NCBI GenBank assembly: GCA_945900735.1
Contig: CAMDJX010000002.1
Location: 964 to 64,963, forward strand
Direction: 5' to 3'
Source: Acidimicrobium ferrooxidans DSM 10331
GTDB lineage: Bacteria > Actinomycetota > Acidimicrobiia > Acidimicrobiales > Ilumatobacteraceae
Length of the DNA: 64,000 nt
Position numbers and translations under genes: made by a program. Positions 49,262 through 60,190 of the stretch are shown in pieces. Under the pieces are notes generated by a model. It searched no databases and was not told where the DNA came from. It saw nothing but the letters and a program-made list of their open reading frames with translations. Each line of letters opens with the position of its first letter. Positions within the stretch are counted from its first letter, which is position 1.

Positions 49262-49993
49262 CTATTCGACAAGCCGCAACCCGGTCGGCGCAATCGATGC
49301 GGGAACCGAAGGCAGATCGACTACGAAATTGGTGCGATGCCCGGGAAACACATGATGCGAAACCAACACCGCTTTGCCGCTGTCGTCCTTGGTGACGCGA
49401 TCACAGCGCAAAATCGGTGAGCCAACAGGAATTTCAAGCAGTTGCGATTCTTCGGAAGTAGCGGAATCTGCACCAATGGTTTGCGTTGCGCCACCAAGAT
49501 GAATTTTTAGCAGGTTATAAAACGATGACGTCTCCACATCGTGTCGAGACAAGTGTTTGCCAAGCTCGAACGGGCACCACACCGTGACAACCGCGAATGG
49601 TTCGTTGCCGGCCATATTCACTCGCTTCACACGCAGTACCTGTTCGCTGCCCAACACCTTGGACACCCTTTTCGTTGCCTTTTCAAAAGCGAAGTCAATA
49701 ATTCTTCGCGAAGGTTCGAGACCACTCGCCTGCATCTGTTCTTCAATAGTTCCCAACCTCCCGAGCGTCTGTGAAACAGGGTCGCTCGAAACAAACCAAC
49801 CAAAACCCTGCCGTGCCGAAACCAAACCTTCATCGCGAAGCACTTCAAGTGCTCGTCGAACAGTGACGCGACTAACACCGAATTCGCGAGAGAGATCGGA
49901 TTCGCTTGGCAACAATCGACCCGCGGTAAATTGACCAGCGCTCACTCGATCGCGAAGTTCGGATGCGATGTCGTGATATCGGATGCTACGCAC
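49262..49993 (-). CDS. GntR/HutC-family regulator (UTRA domain)
   Basis: [29 protein letters not shown] plus UTRA-like C-terminus. Divergent from aconitase; start (GTG 49993) uncertain. Confidence 0.9.
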   Translation of the reverse strand: MRSIRYHDIASELRDRVSAGQFTAGRLLPSESDLSREFGVSRVTVRRALEVLRDEGLVSARQGFGWFVSSDPVSQTLGRLGTIEEQMQASGLEPSRRIIDFAFEKATKRVSKVLGSEQVLRVKRVNMAGNEPFAVVTVWCPFELGKHLSRHDVETSSFYNLLKIHLGGATQTIGADSATSEESQLLEIPVGSPILRCDRVTKDDSGKAVLVSHHVFPGHRTNFVVDLPSVPASIAPTGLRLVE

Positions 49994-50014
49994 TTGTACT
50001 ATACTTGTATACAA
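49992..50014. promoter_or_regulatory. Putative GntR operator ACTTGTA-N4-ACTTGTATACAA
   Basis: Contains the perfect palindrome TTGTATACAA (50005-50014); a near-identical copy lies upstream of icd. Confidence 0.72.
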
Positions 50015-50053
50015 CGCTTGCAAATGCAAGCCCAGAAACGTTTAGGAGTAGCC

Positions 50054-52321
50054 ATGGTCGCAAGCGCTGGAACCCCAATCGAACTCGTCAACGGCGTGTA
50101 TCGCTCCCTCCCCGCAAATGTTGCCCTCGGGCGTAAACGCCTTGGTCGAAACTTGACACTGACCGAAAAGATTTTGATCAACCACCTCAGCAACCCAGAG
50201 ACACAAGACATGGATCGCGGACGCAGTTACGCCGACTTCGCGCCAGACCGTGTTGCTATGCAGGATGCAACCGCCCAGATGGCCTTGCTGCAATTCATGA
50301 CTGCAGGCCTCCCCACCACCGCCGTTCCCTCCACGGTGCATTGCGACCACCTCATCCTTGCCAAAGTCGGTGCGCGAATTGATATGGGTGTTGCCATCGA
50401 CACCAACAAAGAGGTGTACGACTTCTTGCAAAGTGTCTCCGCAAAATATGGCATCGGTTTCTGGGGGCCGGGTAGCGGAATCATTCACCAAGTGGTGCTC
50501 GAGCACTACGCGTTTCCCGGCGGAATGATGATTGGCACCGACAGCCACACACCAAATGCCGGCGGACTTGGCATGGTCGCAATCGGAGTCGGTGGAGCAG
50601 ACGCTGTGGATGTGATGACCGGTTTCTCATTCAACGTGAGATGGCCAAAAGTTATTGGAGTGAAGTTGACTGGCACACTTTCTGGTTGGTCAAGCCCGAA
50701 AGACGTCATTCTTGAAGTGGCTCGAGTACTGACCGTTGAAGGCGGCACCGGCGCAATCGTCGAATACTTCGGCGAGGGCGCTGACAGCATCTCGGCCACT
50801 GGCAAAGCAACCATTTGCAACATGGGTGCCGAAATTGGCGCAACATGTTCCGTGTTTCCATACGACTCGCACATCGCGCAGTATTTGCAAGCAACGGGGC
50901 GTGCCGATATCGCCGCCGCCGCTGATGCCGTTCGCGAACATCTGCGACCAGACGATGGAGCCCAATACGACAGCGTCATCGAGATAGATCTCAGCGCGCT
51001 AAAGCCGCTCATCAATGGCCCTCACTCTCCAGACCGCGCGCACAAAATCGGCGACGCAATCGAGCAGGCCGCAAAAGAAAACGGTTGGCCGCTCGAGATT
51101 TCTTCGGCGCTTATCGGAAGCTGCACCAACTCCTCGTATGAAGACATCACCCGAGCTGCATCTGTTGCCAGGCAGGCGAAGGCGCATGGGCTGAAGAGCA
51201 AAGTTGAACTACTGATTACTCCCGGCTCCGAGCAAATTCGCGCAACGATCGAGCGAGATGGCCTGCTTGCCGATCTAGAAGCAATTGGTGCAACCGTTCT
51301 TGCAAATGCTTGTGGACCATGCATCGGTCAATGGGAACGCTCGAAGGAAGTAACAGACAAACCGAACACCATCGTTAACTCGTTCAACCGAAACTTTCCA
51401 AAGCGCAACGACGGCTCTGCTAACACCCTCAGTTTCGTCACAAGCCCAGACACTGTTATCGCACTTGCGCTTGCAGGCCGCCTCGACTTCGACCCAACCA
51501 CCGACACCATCCAAGCGCCCGATGGTACGCAGGTAAAACTTGAAGCCCCACACGGCGAAGTACTTCCTTCCAATGGATACGACGCGGGCAACAACACGTT
51601 TATCGCGCCACCAGCAGACGGTTCATCCATTGCGATAAGCGTCGACCCAACCAGTGATCGCTTGCAGTTGCTTCAACCATTCTCTGCATGGAACGGCAAA
51701 AACTTCGTGGATTTGCCCGTGCTCATGAAAGCAAAAGGCAAGTGCACGACCGACCACATTTCCGCCGCCGGCAAATGGCTGAAGTATCGCGGACATCTGG
51801 AGAACATCTCGGGCAACCTGTTTATTGGTGCCGTAAATGCATTCAACGATGCAGTTGGCGAAGGACGCGACATCATCGATGGACAAACACGTTCGTATCC
51901 AGACATTGCGAAGGCCTGGGGAAACAAGAGCATTCAATGGGCTGCCATTGGCGATCAGAACTACGGCGAGGGTTCTAGTCGTGAACACGCAGCGATGGAA
52001 CCGCGTTTCCGCGGTGCTGCCGCAATTTTTGCTCGATCGTTTGCGCGCATCCACGAGACAAACTTGAAGAAGCAAGGCGTCGTCCCCCTCACGTTTGCAG
52101 ACCCCAACACTTACGAAAAGATTGGCGAGCTCGACACAATTTCCGTGCTTGGGCTACCTCCCGTCCCAGATAAACCGCTGCAGTGCTCCATCAACAAACC
52201 AAACGGCGAGAAAATTGCATTTGAGGCACTGCACACCTTCAGCGATGAACAGGTTGAGTGGTTCAAGGCAGGCAGCGCACTCAATATCGTTCGCAAAAAA
52301 GTCGAACAGCAAAACAAGTAA
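50054..52321 (+). CDS. Aconitate hydratase (mitochondrial-type)
   Basis: [54 protein letters not shown] and [12 protein letters not shown] motifs; AGGAG SD before ATG 50054. Confidence 0.95.
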   Translation: MVASAGTPIELVNGVYRSLPANVALGRKRLGRNLTLTEKILINHLSNPETQDMDRGRSYADFAPDRVAMQDATAQMALLQFMTAGLPTTAVPSTVHCDHLILAKVGARIDMGVAIDTNKEVYDFLQSVSAKYGIGFWGPGSGIIHQVVLEHYAFPGGMMIGTDSHTPNAGGLGMVAIGVGGADAVDVMTGFSFNVRWPKVIGVKLTGTLSGWSSPKDVILEVARVLTVEGGTGAIVEYFGEGADSISATGKATICNMGAEIGATCSVFPYDSHIAQYLQATGRADIAAAADAVREHLRPDDGAQYDSVIEIDLSALKPLINGPHSPDRAHKIGDAIEQAAKENGWPLEISSALIGSCTNSSYEDITRAASVARQAKAHGLKSKVELLITPGSEQIRATIERDGLLADLEAIGATVLANACGPCIGQWERSKEVTDKPNTIVNSFNRNFPKRNDGSANTLSFVTSPDTVIALALAGRLDFDPTTDTIQAPDGTQVKLEAPHGEVLPSNGYDAGNNTFIAPPADGSSIAISVDPTSDRLQLLQPFSAWNGKNFVDLPVLMKAKGKCTTDHISAAGKWLKYRGHLENISGNLFIGAVNAFNDAVGEGRDIIDGQTRSYPDIAKAWGNKSIQWAAIGDQNYGEGSSREHAAMEPRFRGAAAIFARSFARIHETNLKKQGVVPLTFADPNTYEKIGELDTISVLGLPPVPDKPLQCSINKPNGEKIAFEALHTFSDEQVEWFKAGSALNIVRKKVEQQNK

Positions 52322-52332
52322 CGTTCTCCTTT

Positions 52333-52596
52333 ATGGCCGACCTTGCAATCATTGTCAGCATCATGCTGGGCTACACCCTGCTTGCCGGCGCCCTTGCGAT
52401 ATTTGCAATTCGGCGCCCACCCAAAGGCCTGTTCACCAGAATGTTGATCATGGTGCTTCTCTTGCCGGCGTTGTACCTCAGTTTTCGATTGCTCATCGTG
52501 GTCTCGCCGCTATTCATGAAAATTGTGTTCGGCGCAATTGGTGTTTCGTGCGTGCTCGCGATCCGTAGCTTGATTCGCAAACCTCGCCTTGGCTAG
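52333..52596 (+). CDS. Small membrane protein (about 3 TM)
   Basis: 87-aa hydrophobic ORF filling the gap after aconitase; stop overlaps the convergent gene (CTAG). Confidence 0.6.
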   Translation: MADLAIIVSIMLGYTLLAGALAIFAIRRPPKGLFTRMLIMVLLLPALYLSFRLLIVVSPLFMKIVFGAIGVSCVLAIRSLIRKPRLG

Positions 52597-54038
52597 TCGG
52601 TACCCGGCCTTCGCCCTGTCTCTGCTCGAGGATCACCCTTGTAGCTAGACGGATACGTGCGAACTAACTCTTCGTCGGTTGGCTCGTAAGCGACCCGACC
52701 TTCCTGTGGCAGGAGCAAACTGATTTCGCCCATGATTCGTGCGGTGTTCAAATCAGGATCATCGCTTTCTAATTGCATCGGTTTGCCAACCACCACTTGC
52801 ACGTCTGGCGGGCTCGTGATTTGCAGAATGTTTGGGTAGCGAGCGTTTCGCGGCCACACCTTCTCGGTGCCCCACAAACCGATAGGCACGACAGTCGCAT
52901 TAGCCATTCGTGCCAACTTTGCCGCCCCCCACCTTCCGCGCAGCTGCGGGTTGAAGAATGCTGGTCCGCGAGGGATCGTCCCTTGCGGCATAATCGCCAC
53001 CATCTCGCCAGCAGAAAGTGCGTCCGCCGCATGAGTAAGTGGTTCGTCGCTGCCAGACGCACGATCCACCCGAATGCCTCCGAGCATCGAGGCAAGTTGC
53101 CCAATCAGCGGAGCATCAAAAACTTCTTTCTTGCCAAGAAACCGGACTGTTCGACCGCTCTTTGCAACAGTGAGCGCCACAGCGAACACGTCGAAGTAAC
53201 TGCGATGGTTGGCAACGAGCACTACTGGGCCTGTTGCTGGAATATTCTCTACTCCGGTAAATGAAAATTTGACGAATGGAAAAACTTCTGGTCGTGCGAA
53301 GAGCAGACCAACTTTTTGAATGTCTGACGTCTGCAGAGGTGGCTTCGCTTGCGCATCGGGATTGTCAAAACTGACAATTGGCCATCTGCGAGCAGCGGCC
53401 ATCACCGTCAGTCGAGCGTCCGGGTTCACCACTTGGGGGAAGCCAACTGCATTCAATAGAGGCTCGTCATACACACTGTCGGAATATGCGTAACTTTCGG
53501 AGAGCGAAATGTGGTGTTGACTACACCATGTGCGCACCGCGGCCAATTTGCCTGCAGACCATGTGAAAGGACCGTCAAGCTCCCCCGTGTACAAACCTTG
53601 TTCGTCTACAGCGAAACGTGTTGCGACCACGTCATCGAAACCCATTCGACGTGCAAAGGTTGCAATCACGTCGTTAGGTGTTGTCGTTGCCAGCACAACT
53701 TTTCTTCCGGCTTCACGATGACTGCTAATGACGGATGCGGCCAACGGTCGTACAAGTTGCAACAAATCGTCGCATGCGTTGTGCGCTGCTGCAACAACAT
53801 CGTGTCGCGCCTTTCCTTTCATCACTGCCGCACCCTGACGCGCGAGCAACATCGAGGGAAGATTTTCGCCAACTGCGTTAAAAATTCGGTACAGCGCATC
53901 TTCACCTGGAAGCCGCGTTGCAGAAACGACTCCGGCGTTGCGTAACGCCGCACTGATAATTGGTCCCGATGCGCCCGACAACAACGTGCGATCTAAATCG
54001 ATGAACGCTGCCCCATTCGTTACCGATGTAGTGCTCAC
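52593..54038 (-). CDS. HAD-IB phosphatase / lysophospholipid acyltransferase (PlsC-like) fusion
   Basis: FIDLDRTL and AYSDSVYD HAD motifs; NHRSYFD and MPQGT acyltransferase motifs. Confidence 0.9.
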   Translation of the reverse strand: MSTTSVTNGAAFIDLDRTLLSGASGPIISAALRNAGVVSATRLPGEDALYRIFNAVGENLPSMLLARQGAAVMKGKARHDVVAAAHNACDDLLQLVRPLAASVISSHREAGRKVVLATTTPNDVIATFARRMGFDDVVATRFAVDEQGLYTGELDGPFTWSAGKLAAVRTWCSQHHISLSESYAYSDSVYDEPLLNAVGFPQVVNPDARLTVMAAARRWPIVSFDNPDAQAKPPLQTSDIQKVGLLFARPEVFPFVKFSFTGVENIPATGPVVLVANHRSYFDVFAVALTVAKSGRTVRFLGKKEVFDAPLIGQLASMLGGIRVDRASGSDEPLTHAADALSAGEMVAIMPQGTIPRGPAFFNPQLRGRWGAAKLARMANATVVPIGLWGTEKVWPRNARYPNILQITSPPDVQVVVGKPMQLESDDPDLNTARIMGEISLLLPQEGRVAYEPTDEELVRTYPSSYKGDPRAETGRRPGTD

Positions 54039-54083
54039 ACTGGCAGGCTATTGACTGGCGTCCGTCGCCACCCGGGAAATGGG

Positions 54084-54190
54084 AAAGGCCCCACATTGCT
54101 GCGGGGCCTCTCAACCGAGAATCCTTGTGGCTGGGGGAGCCACTTGGGGATTCAGTCGGGTGAAACCTGGGGGAGGTCTCACCGCGATAT
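54084..54190 (-). ncRNA. 6C-like small RNA with terminator hairpin
   Basis: Two stem-loops with C-rich loops (GGTGAGACC-TCCCCCA-GGTTTCACC; GTGGCT-CCCCC-AGCCAC inside a longer stem), then GAGGCCCCGCA..TGTGGGGCCTTT. Promoter TTGCGC-N18-CATACT at 54197-54226. It is adjacent to a HAD-IB gene, as I recall for actinobacterial 6C loci. Confidence 0.8.
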
Positions 54191-54248
54191 GTATCCAGTA
54201 TGCCCTACCCGTGGGTAAGCGCGCAAGGCGAACGCCAAGATAGCCACC

Positions 54249-54263
54249 ATCATTTTTCGTGAT
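54249..54263. promoter_or_regulatory. LysR box ATCA-N7-TGAT (T-N11-A)
   Basis: ATCATTTTTCGTGAT is centred about 66 nt upstream of the predicted sRNA start and just upstream of the lysR -10 (TAGCCT 54283-54288). Confidence 0.6.
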
Positions 54264-54294
54264 AGTCGTCACGGGGAACGGTTAGCCTGAGTGG

Positions 54295-55224
54295 ATGGAA
54301 ATTCGCCACCTGGAAAGCCTGATCGCTATTTCAGAACACGGCTCATTTTCCGCTGCTGCGCGAGCGCTGGGAACGGTGCAGAGCAACGTCTCGGCACACA
54401 TCTCGCGGCTCGAAAAAGAACTTGGCGCGAGTTTGATCGATCGCCAAAGCGGCGAGCTCACCGAGGATGGTGTTCTGGTTGTAGAGCGAGCCCGACGGAT
54501 TATTCACGAATTACAGGACATCGAAGCCGACATCCATTCAACCGATAGCGAAGTCGCGGGCGAAACACGACTTGGCTGCATCGGCACTACTGGTCGTTGG
54601 CTCATGCCGCGACTGCTCACCGCGATTCAAAAAGCACATCCGCAGGTTCGACCAATCATTCACGAAGGCAGCACATCATCCCTATTGCCACGCTTAATTG
54701 CAGGCGAACTAGACGCTGCAATAGTCCACTTCCCTATTGACGACCCCGAGTTGCAATTGGTGCCACTTTTCAGTGAAGAACTTGTGTTACTCGTGAACAA
54801 TAAACACCCATGGGCAAAGCTTGAAACGATTTCTCTCGAACAACTTGCGACACAACCGCTTTTACTTGCACCGCGCAATACCGCTCTTCGCCGAATCATC
54901 GACCGAGCCGCCGGCGCACAGCGCCTTGCCTTTACCCCACAGGCCGAGATTGACGGCGTTCGCCTACTCACCTCCCTCGCATTCGAGGGTTTTGGTCCTG
55001 CGATAGTTCCTGCCACCGCCATCCCAGCGTGGATCAAAGGCGATTTCACTCGGGTGTCAATCCCGCAGTTGCCACGCCGGGTAGTTGGATGGGCGTCGCG
55101 CAAACGACCAGTCCCGAACAAGCCCACTCGCGCGGCTCTTGAAATCGCAAAGCAGGTTGTTGCCAAAACAGGCGATCGCCAACCGGGAGTCAACACCTCT
55201 TTGACTACTACCCCACTCGTCTAA
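54295..55224 (+). CDS. LysR-family transcriptional regulator
   Basis: HTH (GSFSAAARALGTVQSNVSAHISRLEKELG) plus substrate-binding domain; lacks the OxyR redox Cys pair. Confidence 0.93.
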   Translation: MEIRHLESLIAISEHGSFSAAARALGTVQSNVSAHISRLEKELGASLIDRQSGELTEDGVLVVERARRIIHELQDIEADIHSTDSEVAGETRLGCIGTTGRWLMPRLLTAIQKAHPQVRPIIHEGSTSSLLPRLIAGELDAAIVHFPIDDPELQLVPLFSEELVLLVNNKHPWAKLETISLEQLATQPLLLAPRNTALRRIIDRAAGAQRLAFTPQAEIDGVRLLTSLAFEGFGPAIVPATAIPAWIKGDFTRVSIPQLPRRVVGWASRKRPVPNKPTRAALEIAKQVVAKTGDRQPGVNTSLTTTPLV

Positions 55225-55233
55225 TCTCTAGAC

Positions 55234-56610
55234 GTGTCAGGAGTTACCGATTCTCCTCTTCAAACGGGAGTCCATCTACAACGCTCGGTCCAAGGCGCCG
55301 CAAAAGCCGAAGTTCGATTTCTCACCACGTGCGAACGAACAGTGGTGTGGGTGGATATTGATCCCTCGTACCACCGTGGCGCACTTTCGGCTGAAGCATC
55401 TGGAGTGATTGCGAACGCCGCTACAACCGCTCTCAATCAACGAATCCCACTTGTGTTGGCAATGGCCTCCTCCGGCGCAGACATTCTTGGAGGTATTGCC
55501 GCCCTTCACGGTTGGGGGCAGGCTGCGCGCACAATTGCACATTGCTCGGGCGTGGTTCCAACTTTCACCATTGTCACAGGCCCCGCCGTTTCTGGCCCCG
55601 CACTCCTTATCGGCCTGAGCGACTTCGTCATCATGACTGCCGACTCGTATGCATTTGTGAGCGGCCCAACAATGGTTGCCGAATTCACTGGGATTATGAT
55701 GACGAATGAGCAGTTAGGCGGAACCGATGCGCATGCCAAGCAAAGCGGCGTCGCAAGCATGGTGGTTTCCGACTACGAGTCGGCTGTTTCTTCGCTCGAG
55801 CATCTTTTGACTTACATCCCCAACAACGTTGATGAACTTGCACCACCGATTCACACCGACGATGCTTCCGACCGCCTGGTGCCCGAGGCAGGCGCCGCCA
55901 TTCCAGACACTGCCACCGGAAGTTACGACGTACGCACCGTAATTAAGGCCATTGCGGACGACGGCGAGATGTTTGAACTGCGCGAGCGTTGGGCCGCCAA
56001 TGTGATTACCGCCTTCATCACCATCGACGGCGAGTCGGTTGGAGTCGTTGCCAATCAACCGATGATCCTTGCGGGAACGCTAGATATTCCTGCGTCGCAA
56101 AAAGCTGCACGGTTTGTGTCGTTTTGCGATGCATTCAACATTCCATTGCTGACACTCGTTGACACACCTGGTTTTTATCCCGGAAAAGACTTGGAGTGGC
56201 GTGGAATGATTCGCCACGGCGGCCAACTGGTGTTCGCCTATGCGCGAGCGACAGTGCCCCGGGTGTGCGTTATCTTGCGAAAGAGTTACGGCGGCGCCTA
56301 CATCGTGATGGACTCAAAAAAGATGGGCAACGACTTGTGCCTGGCGTGGCCAACAGCCGAGCTGGCCGTGATGGGTGCAGGGCAGGCTGCAGCCATATTG
56401 CAGCGCCGGGCAACCCCAGAGGAACGATCAGCCTTCGAAGCCGACTACTCGGAGCGCCTCCTCAACCCATACGTGGCCGCTGAGCGTGGCTACGTCGACG
56501 CGGTAATTAACCCCGAGGAAACTCGGCGTGAAGTATCGGCAGCCTTGGTCATGCTGCGCGATAAACGCGAGAGACTTGCGCCACGCAAGCACGACAACAC
56601 CCCGCTGTAA
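55234..56610 (+). CDS. Acyl-CoA carboxylase/decarboxylase carboxyltransferase subunit
   Basis: GPAVSG, QLGG...H...SG, KAARFVSFCDAFNIPL, RKSYGGAY, AWPTAELAVMG and RKHDNTPL motifs. Confidence 0.88.
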   Translation: MSGVTDSPLQTGVHLQRSVQGAAKAEVRFLTTCERTVVWVDIDPSYHRGALSAEASGVIANAATTALNQRIPLVLAMASSGADILGGIAALHGWGQAARTIAHCSGVVPTFTIVTGPAVSGPALLIGLSDFVIMTADSYAFVSGPTMVAEFTGIMMTNEQLGGTDAHAKQSGVASMVVSDYESAVSSLEHLLTYIPNNVDELAPPIHTDDASDRLVPEAGAAIPDTATGSYDVRTVIKAIADDGEMFELRERWAANVITAFITIDGESVGVVANQPMILAGTLDIPASQKAARFVSFCDAFNIPLLTLVDTPGFYPGKDLEWRGMIRHGGQLVFAYARATVPRVCVILRKSYGGAYIVMDSKKMGNDLCLAWPTAELAVMGAGQAAAILQRRATPEERSAFEADYSERLLNPYVAAERGYVDAVINPEETRREVSAALVMLRDKRERLAPRKHDNTPL

Positions 56611-56676
56611 AGGGTCAAACCCCTACACTGTTTGCGGGGAGAGGAAGCTTCCCAACACATAACGAAGGGAATCAAG

Positions 56677-57945
56677 ATGGCTGAAACAATCACCATCATC
56701 GATGACCGAACAGGCAAAAAAGTGACTGTTCCGGTTACCGACGGCGTCTTTGCATCTACGGCACTGCGCGAACTCGACCCCAACCTACGCATGTACGACC
56801 CGGCGTTTTTGTCCACCGCGGCTTGTCAATCGTCGATCACTTATCTGGATGGCGAAAAAGGAATTCTCCGCTATCGCGGATATCCCATCGAACAGCTAGC
56901 CGAGAAATCGACGTTCCTTGAAGTTGCCTACCTACTTCTCAATGGCGAGTTACCCGATAACGACCAGTTCGCTAAGTGGGATTACGACGTCACCCACCAC
57001 ACGATGATTCACGAGAACATGCGAAAGCGGTTCGTCGATGGGTTCCACTACGACGCTCACCCAATGGGCATGTTCATATCGGCAATTGCTGCACTCGGAA
57101 CGTTTTACGACGACGCGCAAGACGTTTTTGATACCGACAACCTAAACAAGCAAATTTTGCGACTTGTAGCAAAAGTACCGACGATCGCTGCGATGACGTA
57201 TCGCTTCTCGTCTGGCCTTCCATTTGTGTTGCCAAACAATTCAATGTCATACGCCACCAACTTTTTGAACATGATGTATCGCATTGGTGACGACTACGAA
57301 GTCGACCCAGTTTTGGCTCGTGCAATGGATGTGCTGTTTATATTGCATGCCGACCACGAGCAAAACTGCGGAACAACCGCGATGCGCGTTGTAGCAAGCG
57401 CAAACTCCGACCCATACTCGGCAACAGCAGCAGCCGCATCGGCCCTGTATGGCCCATTGCATGGTGGAGCCAACGAAGCAGTAGTGCGAATGCTCACCGA
57501 GATTGGTGACGTGAAGAACATTCCCGCATTCATTGAAAGCGTCAAGCGCGGCGAAGGAAAACTGATGGGCTTTGGCCATCGTGTGTACAAAAACTTTGAC
57601 CCTCGCGCAACCATCATCAAGAAATCGGCATACGAGGTGTTCGAGATAACCGGCACCAATCCTCTGCTCGATGTGGCCTTGAAACTGGAAGAAGTGGCAC
57701 TAAACGACGAGTACTTTGCCTCGCGCAGGCTGTATCCCAACGTCGACTTCTACTCTGGCCTCATTTACCAAGCGCTTGGTTTCCCCGTCAGCATGTTTAC
57801 CGTCTTGTTTGCAATACCTCGCACGGTCGGCTGGTTGGCACATATGTCCGAATTGCTGCGCGACGACGAACAGAAGATCAGTCGTCCCCGCCAGTGGTAC
57901 ACGGGTGTCGACGAGCGCAATTACACAGATATCAAAAAGCGCTAA
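56677..57945 (+). CDS. gltA: Citrate synthase
   Basis: DGEKGILRYRGY, HADHEQN, GPLHGGANE, GFGHRVYK and YPNVDFYSG motifs. Start moved to ATG 56677. Confidence 0.96.
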   Translation: MAETITIIDDRTGKKVTVPVTDGVFASTALRELDPNLRMYDPAFLSTAACQSSITYLDGEKGILRYRGYPIEQLAEKSTFLEVAYLLLNGELPDNDQFAKWDYDVTHHTMIHENMRKRFVDGFHYDAHPMGMFISAIAALGTFYDDAQDVFDTDNLNKQILRLVAKVPTIAAMTYRFSSGLPFVLPNNSMSYATNFLNMMYRIGDDYEVDPVLARAMDVLFILHADHEQNCGTTAMRVVASANSDPYSATAAAASALYGPLHGGANEAVVRMLTEIGDVKNIPAFIESVKRGEGKLMGFGHRVYKNFDPRATIIKKSAYEVFEITGTNPLLDVALKLEEVALNDEYFASRRLYPNVDFYSGLIYQALGFPVSMFTVLFAIPRTVGWLAHMSELLRDDEQKISRPRQWYTGVDERNYTDIKKR

Positions 57946-58934
57946 GCGCCGATATCAATAACAATTTTGCCAATGTTGGCGTTTGACTCCATGTAAGCAT
58001 GCGCTGCGGCTATCTCCGAAAACGGATATCGCCTGTCAATAATCGGCTTCAATTGACCAGAATCAAACAATGGAAGCACTTCGCTTGCGAATCTTTGGCT
58101 GATTGCAATCTTTTCCTCAATCGGCCTTGCCCTCAGCACTGTGCCGGAGAGCTTCGCTCGCTTGCCAAGCATCGCAGCCAAGTTGAACGGCGTGTTTCCA
58201 CCCCCCATGACACCCACCTGCACTATGTGGCCCTTCAGTGCAAGTGACTTCACATTTCGATCTAGATAGTCGCCGCCGATCACATCAAGAACGACGTCCA
58301 CGCCTTTGCCACCTGTTGCTTTATGCACTTCTTCTGCAAAATCTGCAGTCGAATAGTCGATGACAATATCTGCCCCTAAAGACTTAACCGCAGCCACTTT
58401 CCCGGTCGAACACGTGGCAATTACGCGAGCACCAAGCGCCTTACATAGCTGCACTGCTGCGGTGCCAACACCCGAAGCAGCCGCGTGCACAAGCGCCCAT
58501 CGTCCACTAGTAAGGCCGCCCTGTACAACGAGTGCATCCCATGCGGTGATAAACACTTCCGGAATAGCAGCAGCGTCTGCGAGTGAAACCGTATTTGGGA
58601 TGCGCATTGCTTGTCGTTCGTGGATGACCAGTTGCTGCGCGTAGGACCCACCGCTCACAATGCCCATCACTTCGTCGCCCACTTGCAAAGCACGCACCCG
58701 TGCTCCCACCGAACGCACTACACCCGAAAACTCCATGCCCGGAACATCAAATTGATCTGGAAACGGGTTTGGGTAAAAACCCAAGCGCTGCAGCAAGTCG
58801 GCACGATTCAGGCTGGTTGCCCTAACCTCGACCAACGCTTCTTCAGAACCATGTGTTGGAGCAACAATCTCTTCGAATGTCAGAACTTCGGTGCCACCAT
58901 GACCCCTGAGCACCACCGCACGCATTGTCGACAT
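57942..58934 (-). CDS. NAD(P)H-quinone oxidoreductase (zeta-crystallin/PIG3 type)
   Basis: NRADLLQR.G.Y, AAIPEVFITAW, HAAASGVG and GKIVI motifs. Confidence 0.9.
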   Translation of the reverse strand: MSTMRAVVLRGHGGTEVLTFEEIVAPTHGSEEALVEVRATSLNRADLLQRLGFYPNPFPDQFDVPGMEFSGVVRSVGARVRALQVGDEVMGIVSGGSYAQQLVIHERQAMRIPNTVSLADAAAIPEVFITAWDALVVQGGLTSGRWALVHAAASGVGTAAVQLCKALGARVIATCSTGKVAAVKSLGADIVIDYSTADFAEEVHKATGGKGVDVVLDVIGGDYLDRNVKSLALKGHIVQVGVMGGGNTPFNLAAMLGKRAKLSGTVLRARPIEEKIAISQRFASEVLPLFDSGQLKPIIDRRYPFSEIAAAHAYMESNANIGKIVIDIGA

Positions 58935-60155
58935 TTACGCCATTGTCTTTTGCAGACGACGATCAAGTGTCTCGAGGAATTCCTCTGTGGTCTGCCATGG
59001 TGCGCTTTTTCCACCGACGAGTAGCGACAAGTCCTTTGTCATCTCCCCCGCCTCAACAGCTTCGACACATACTCGCTCTACTTTTTGCGCGAAATCAATA
59101 AGTGCAGGCGTGTTGTCCAATTTGCCGCGGTGCTCTAAACCGCGCGTCCACGCAAATATGGATGCGATCGGGTTGGTGGAAGTCTTTTTGCCTGCCTGAT
59201 GATCGCGGTAGTGACGTGTCACGGTTCCGTGTGCAGCTTCCGATTCAAGAACACGACCATCCGGTGTGGCGAGAACTGATGTCATCAGCCCGAGCGAACC
59301 AAAGCCCTGCGCAACGATGTCGGATTGCACGTCACCGTCATAGTTCTTGCAGGCCCAAACGTACCCGCCTTCCCAACGAATCATGCATGCAACCATGTCG
59401 TCGATAAGACGGTGCTCGTAGGTGAGGCCGGCCTTATCGAACTGTTCCTTAAATTCTTGATTGAACACTTCTTCGAACAGATCCTTAAACCGGCCGTCGT
59501 ATGCCTTCAAGATGGTGTTCTTCGTGCTGAGAAACAATGGGTAATTTCGTTGCAGCGAATAATTCATTGTTGCGCGAGCAAAGTTGCGAATTGATTCGTC
59601 AAAGTTGTACATCCCCATGACAACACCGGAGCCAGTGAAGTCGGCAACTTTCATTTCGATCGGTTTGCTGCCATCTTTTGGTACGTATGTCATCGTGACA
59701 GTCCCTTCGCCGGGAACGCGGAAGTCTGTTGCCTTGTATTGATCGCCGTGCGCGTGACGACCAATGACAATTGGTTTGGTCCAACCCGGCACAAGTTTGG
59801 GAATGTTTTTGCAAATAATCGGTTCGCGGAAGACGACGCCGTCGAGAATGTTGCGGATAGTGCCGTTTGGCGACTTCCACATCTGTTTCAAATTGAACTC
59901 TTTTACGCGTGCCTCATCGGGCGTGATGGTTGCGCACTTCACGCCAACACCATGCTTTAAAATTGCATTTGCTGAATCGATCGTCACTTGATCGTTTGTT
60001 GCATCCCGGTGTTCAATGCTCAAGTCGTAATAATCTAAATTGATATCCAAGTACGGCAGGATCAGACGATCCTTAATAAAGCTCCACATGATGCGAGTCA
60101 TTTCATCGCCATCAAGCTCGACTACCGGATTGAGTACTTTAATTTTTCCAGCCAT
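58935..60155 (-). CDS. icd: NADP-dependent isocitrate dehydrogenase (eukaryote-like dimeric type)
   Basis: [44 protein letters not shown] and [10 protein letters not shown] motifs. Start moved to ATG 60155. Confidence 0.96.
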   Translation of the reverse strand: MAGKIKVLNPVVELDGDEMTRIMWSFIKDRLILPYLDINLDYYDLSIEHRDATNDQVTIDSANAILKHGVGVKCATITPDEARVKEFNLKQMWKSPNGTIRNILDGVVFREPIICKNIPKLVPGWTKPIVIGRHAHGDQYKATDFRVPGEGTVTMTYVPKDGSKPIEMKVADFTGSGVVMGMYNFDESIRNFARATMNYSLQRNYPLFLSTKNTILKAYDGRFKDLFEEVFNQEFKEQFDKAGLTYEHRLIDDMVACMIRWEGGYVWACKNYDGDVQSDIVAQGFGSLGLMTSVLATPDGRVLESEAAHGTVTRHYRDHQAGKKTSTNPIASIFAWTRGLEHRGKLDNTPALIDFAQKVERVCVEAVEAGEMTKDLSLLVGGKSAPWQTTEEFLETLDRRLQKTMA

Positions 60156-60190
60156 GAGGGGGCTCCAGCCTGTTCGTCCGGTTTCCCGGA

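Noticed and set aside
54295..55224. LysR as OxyR
   Set aside because: The redox-active Cys pair region reads APRNTALRRIID, with no cysteines.
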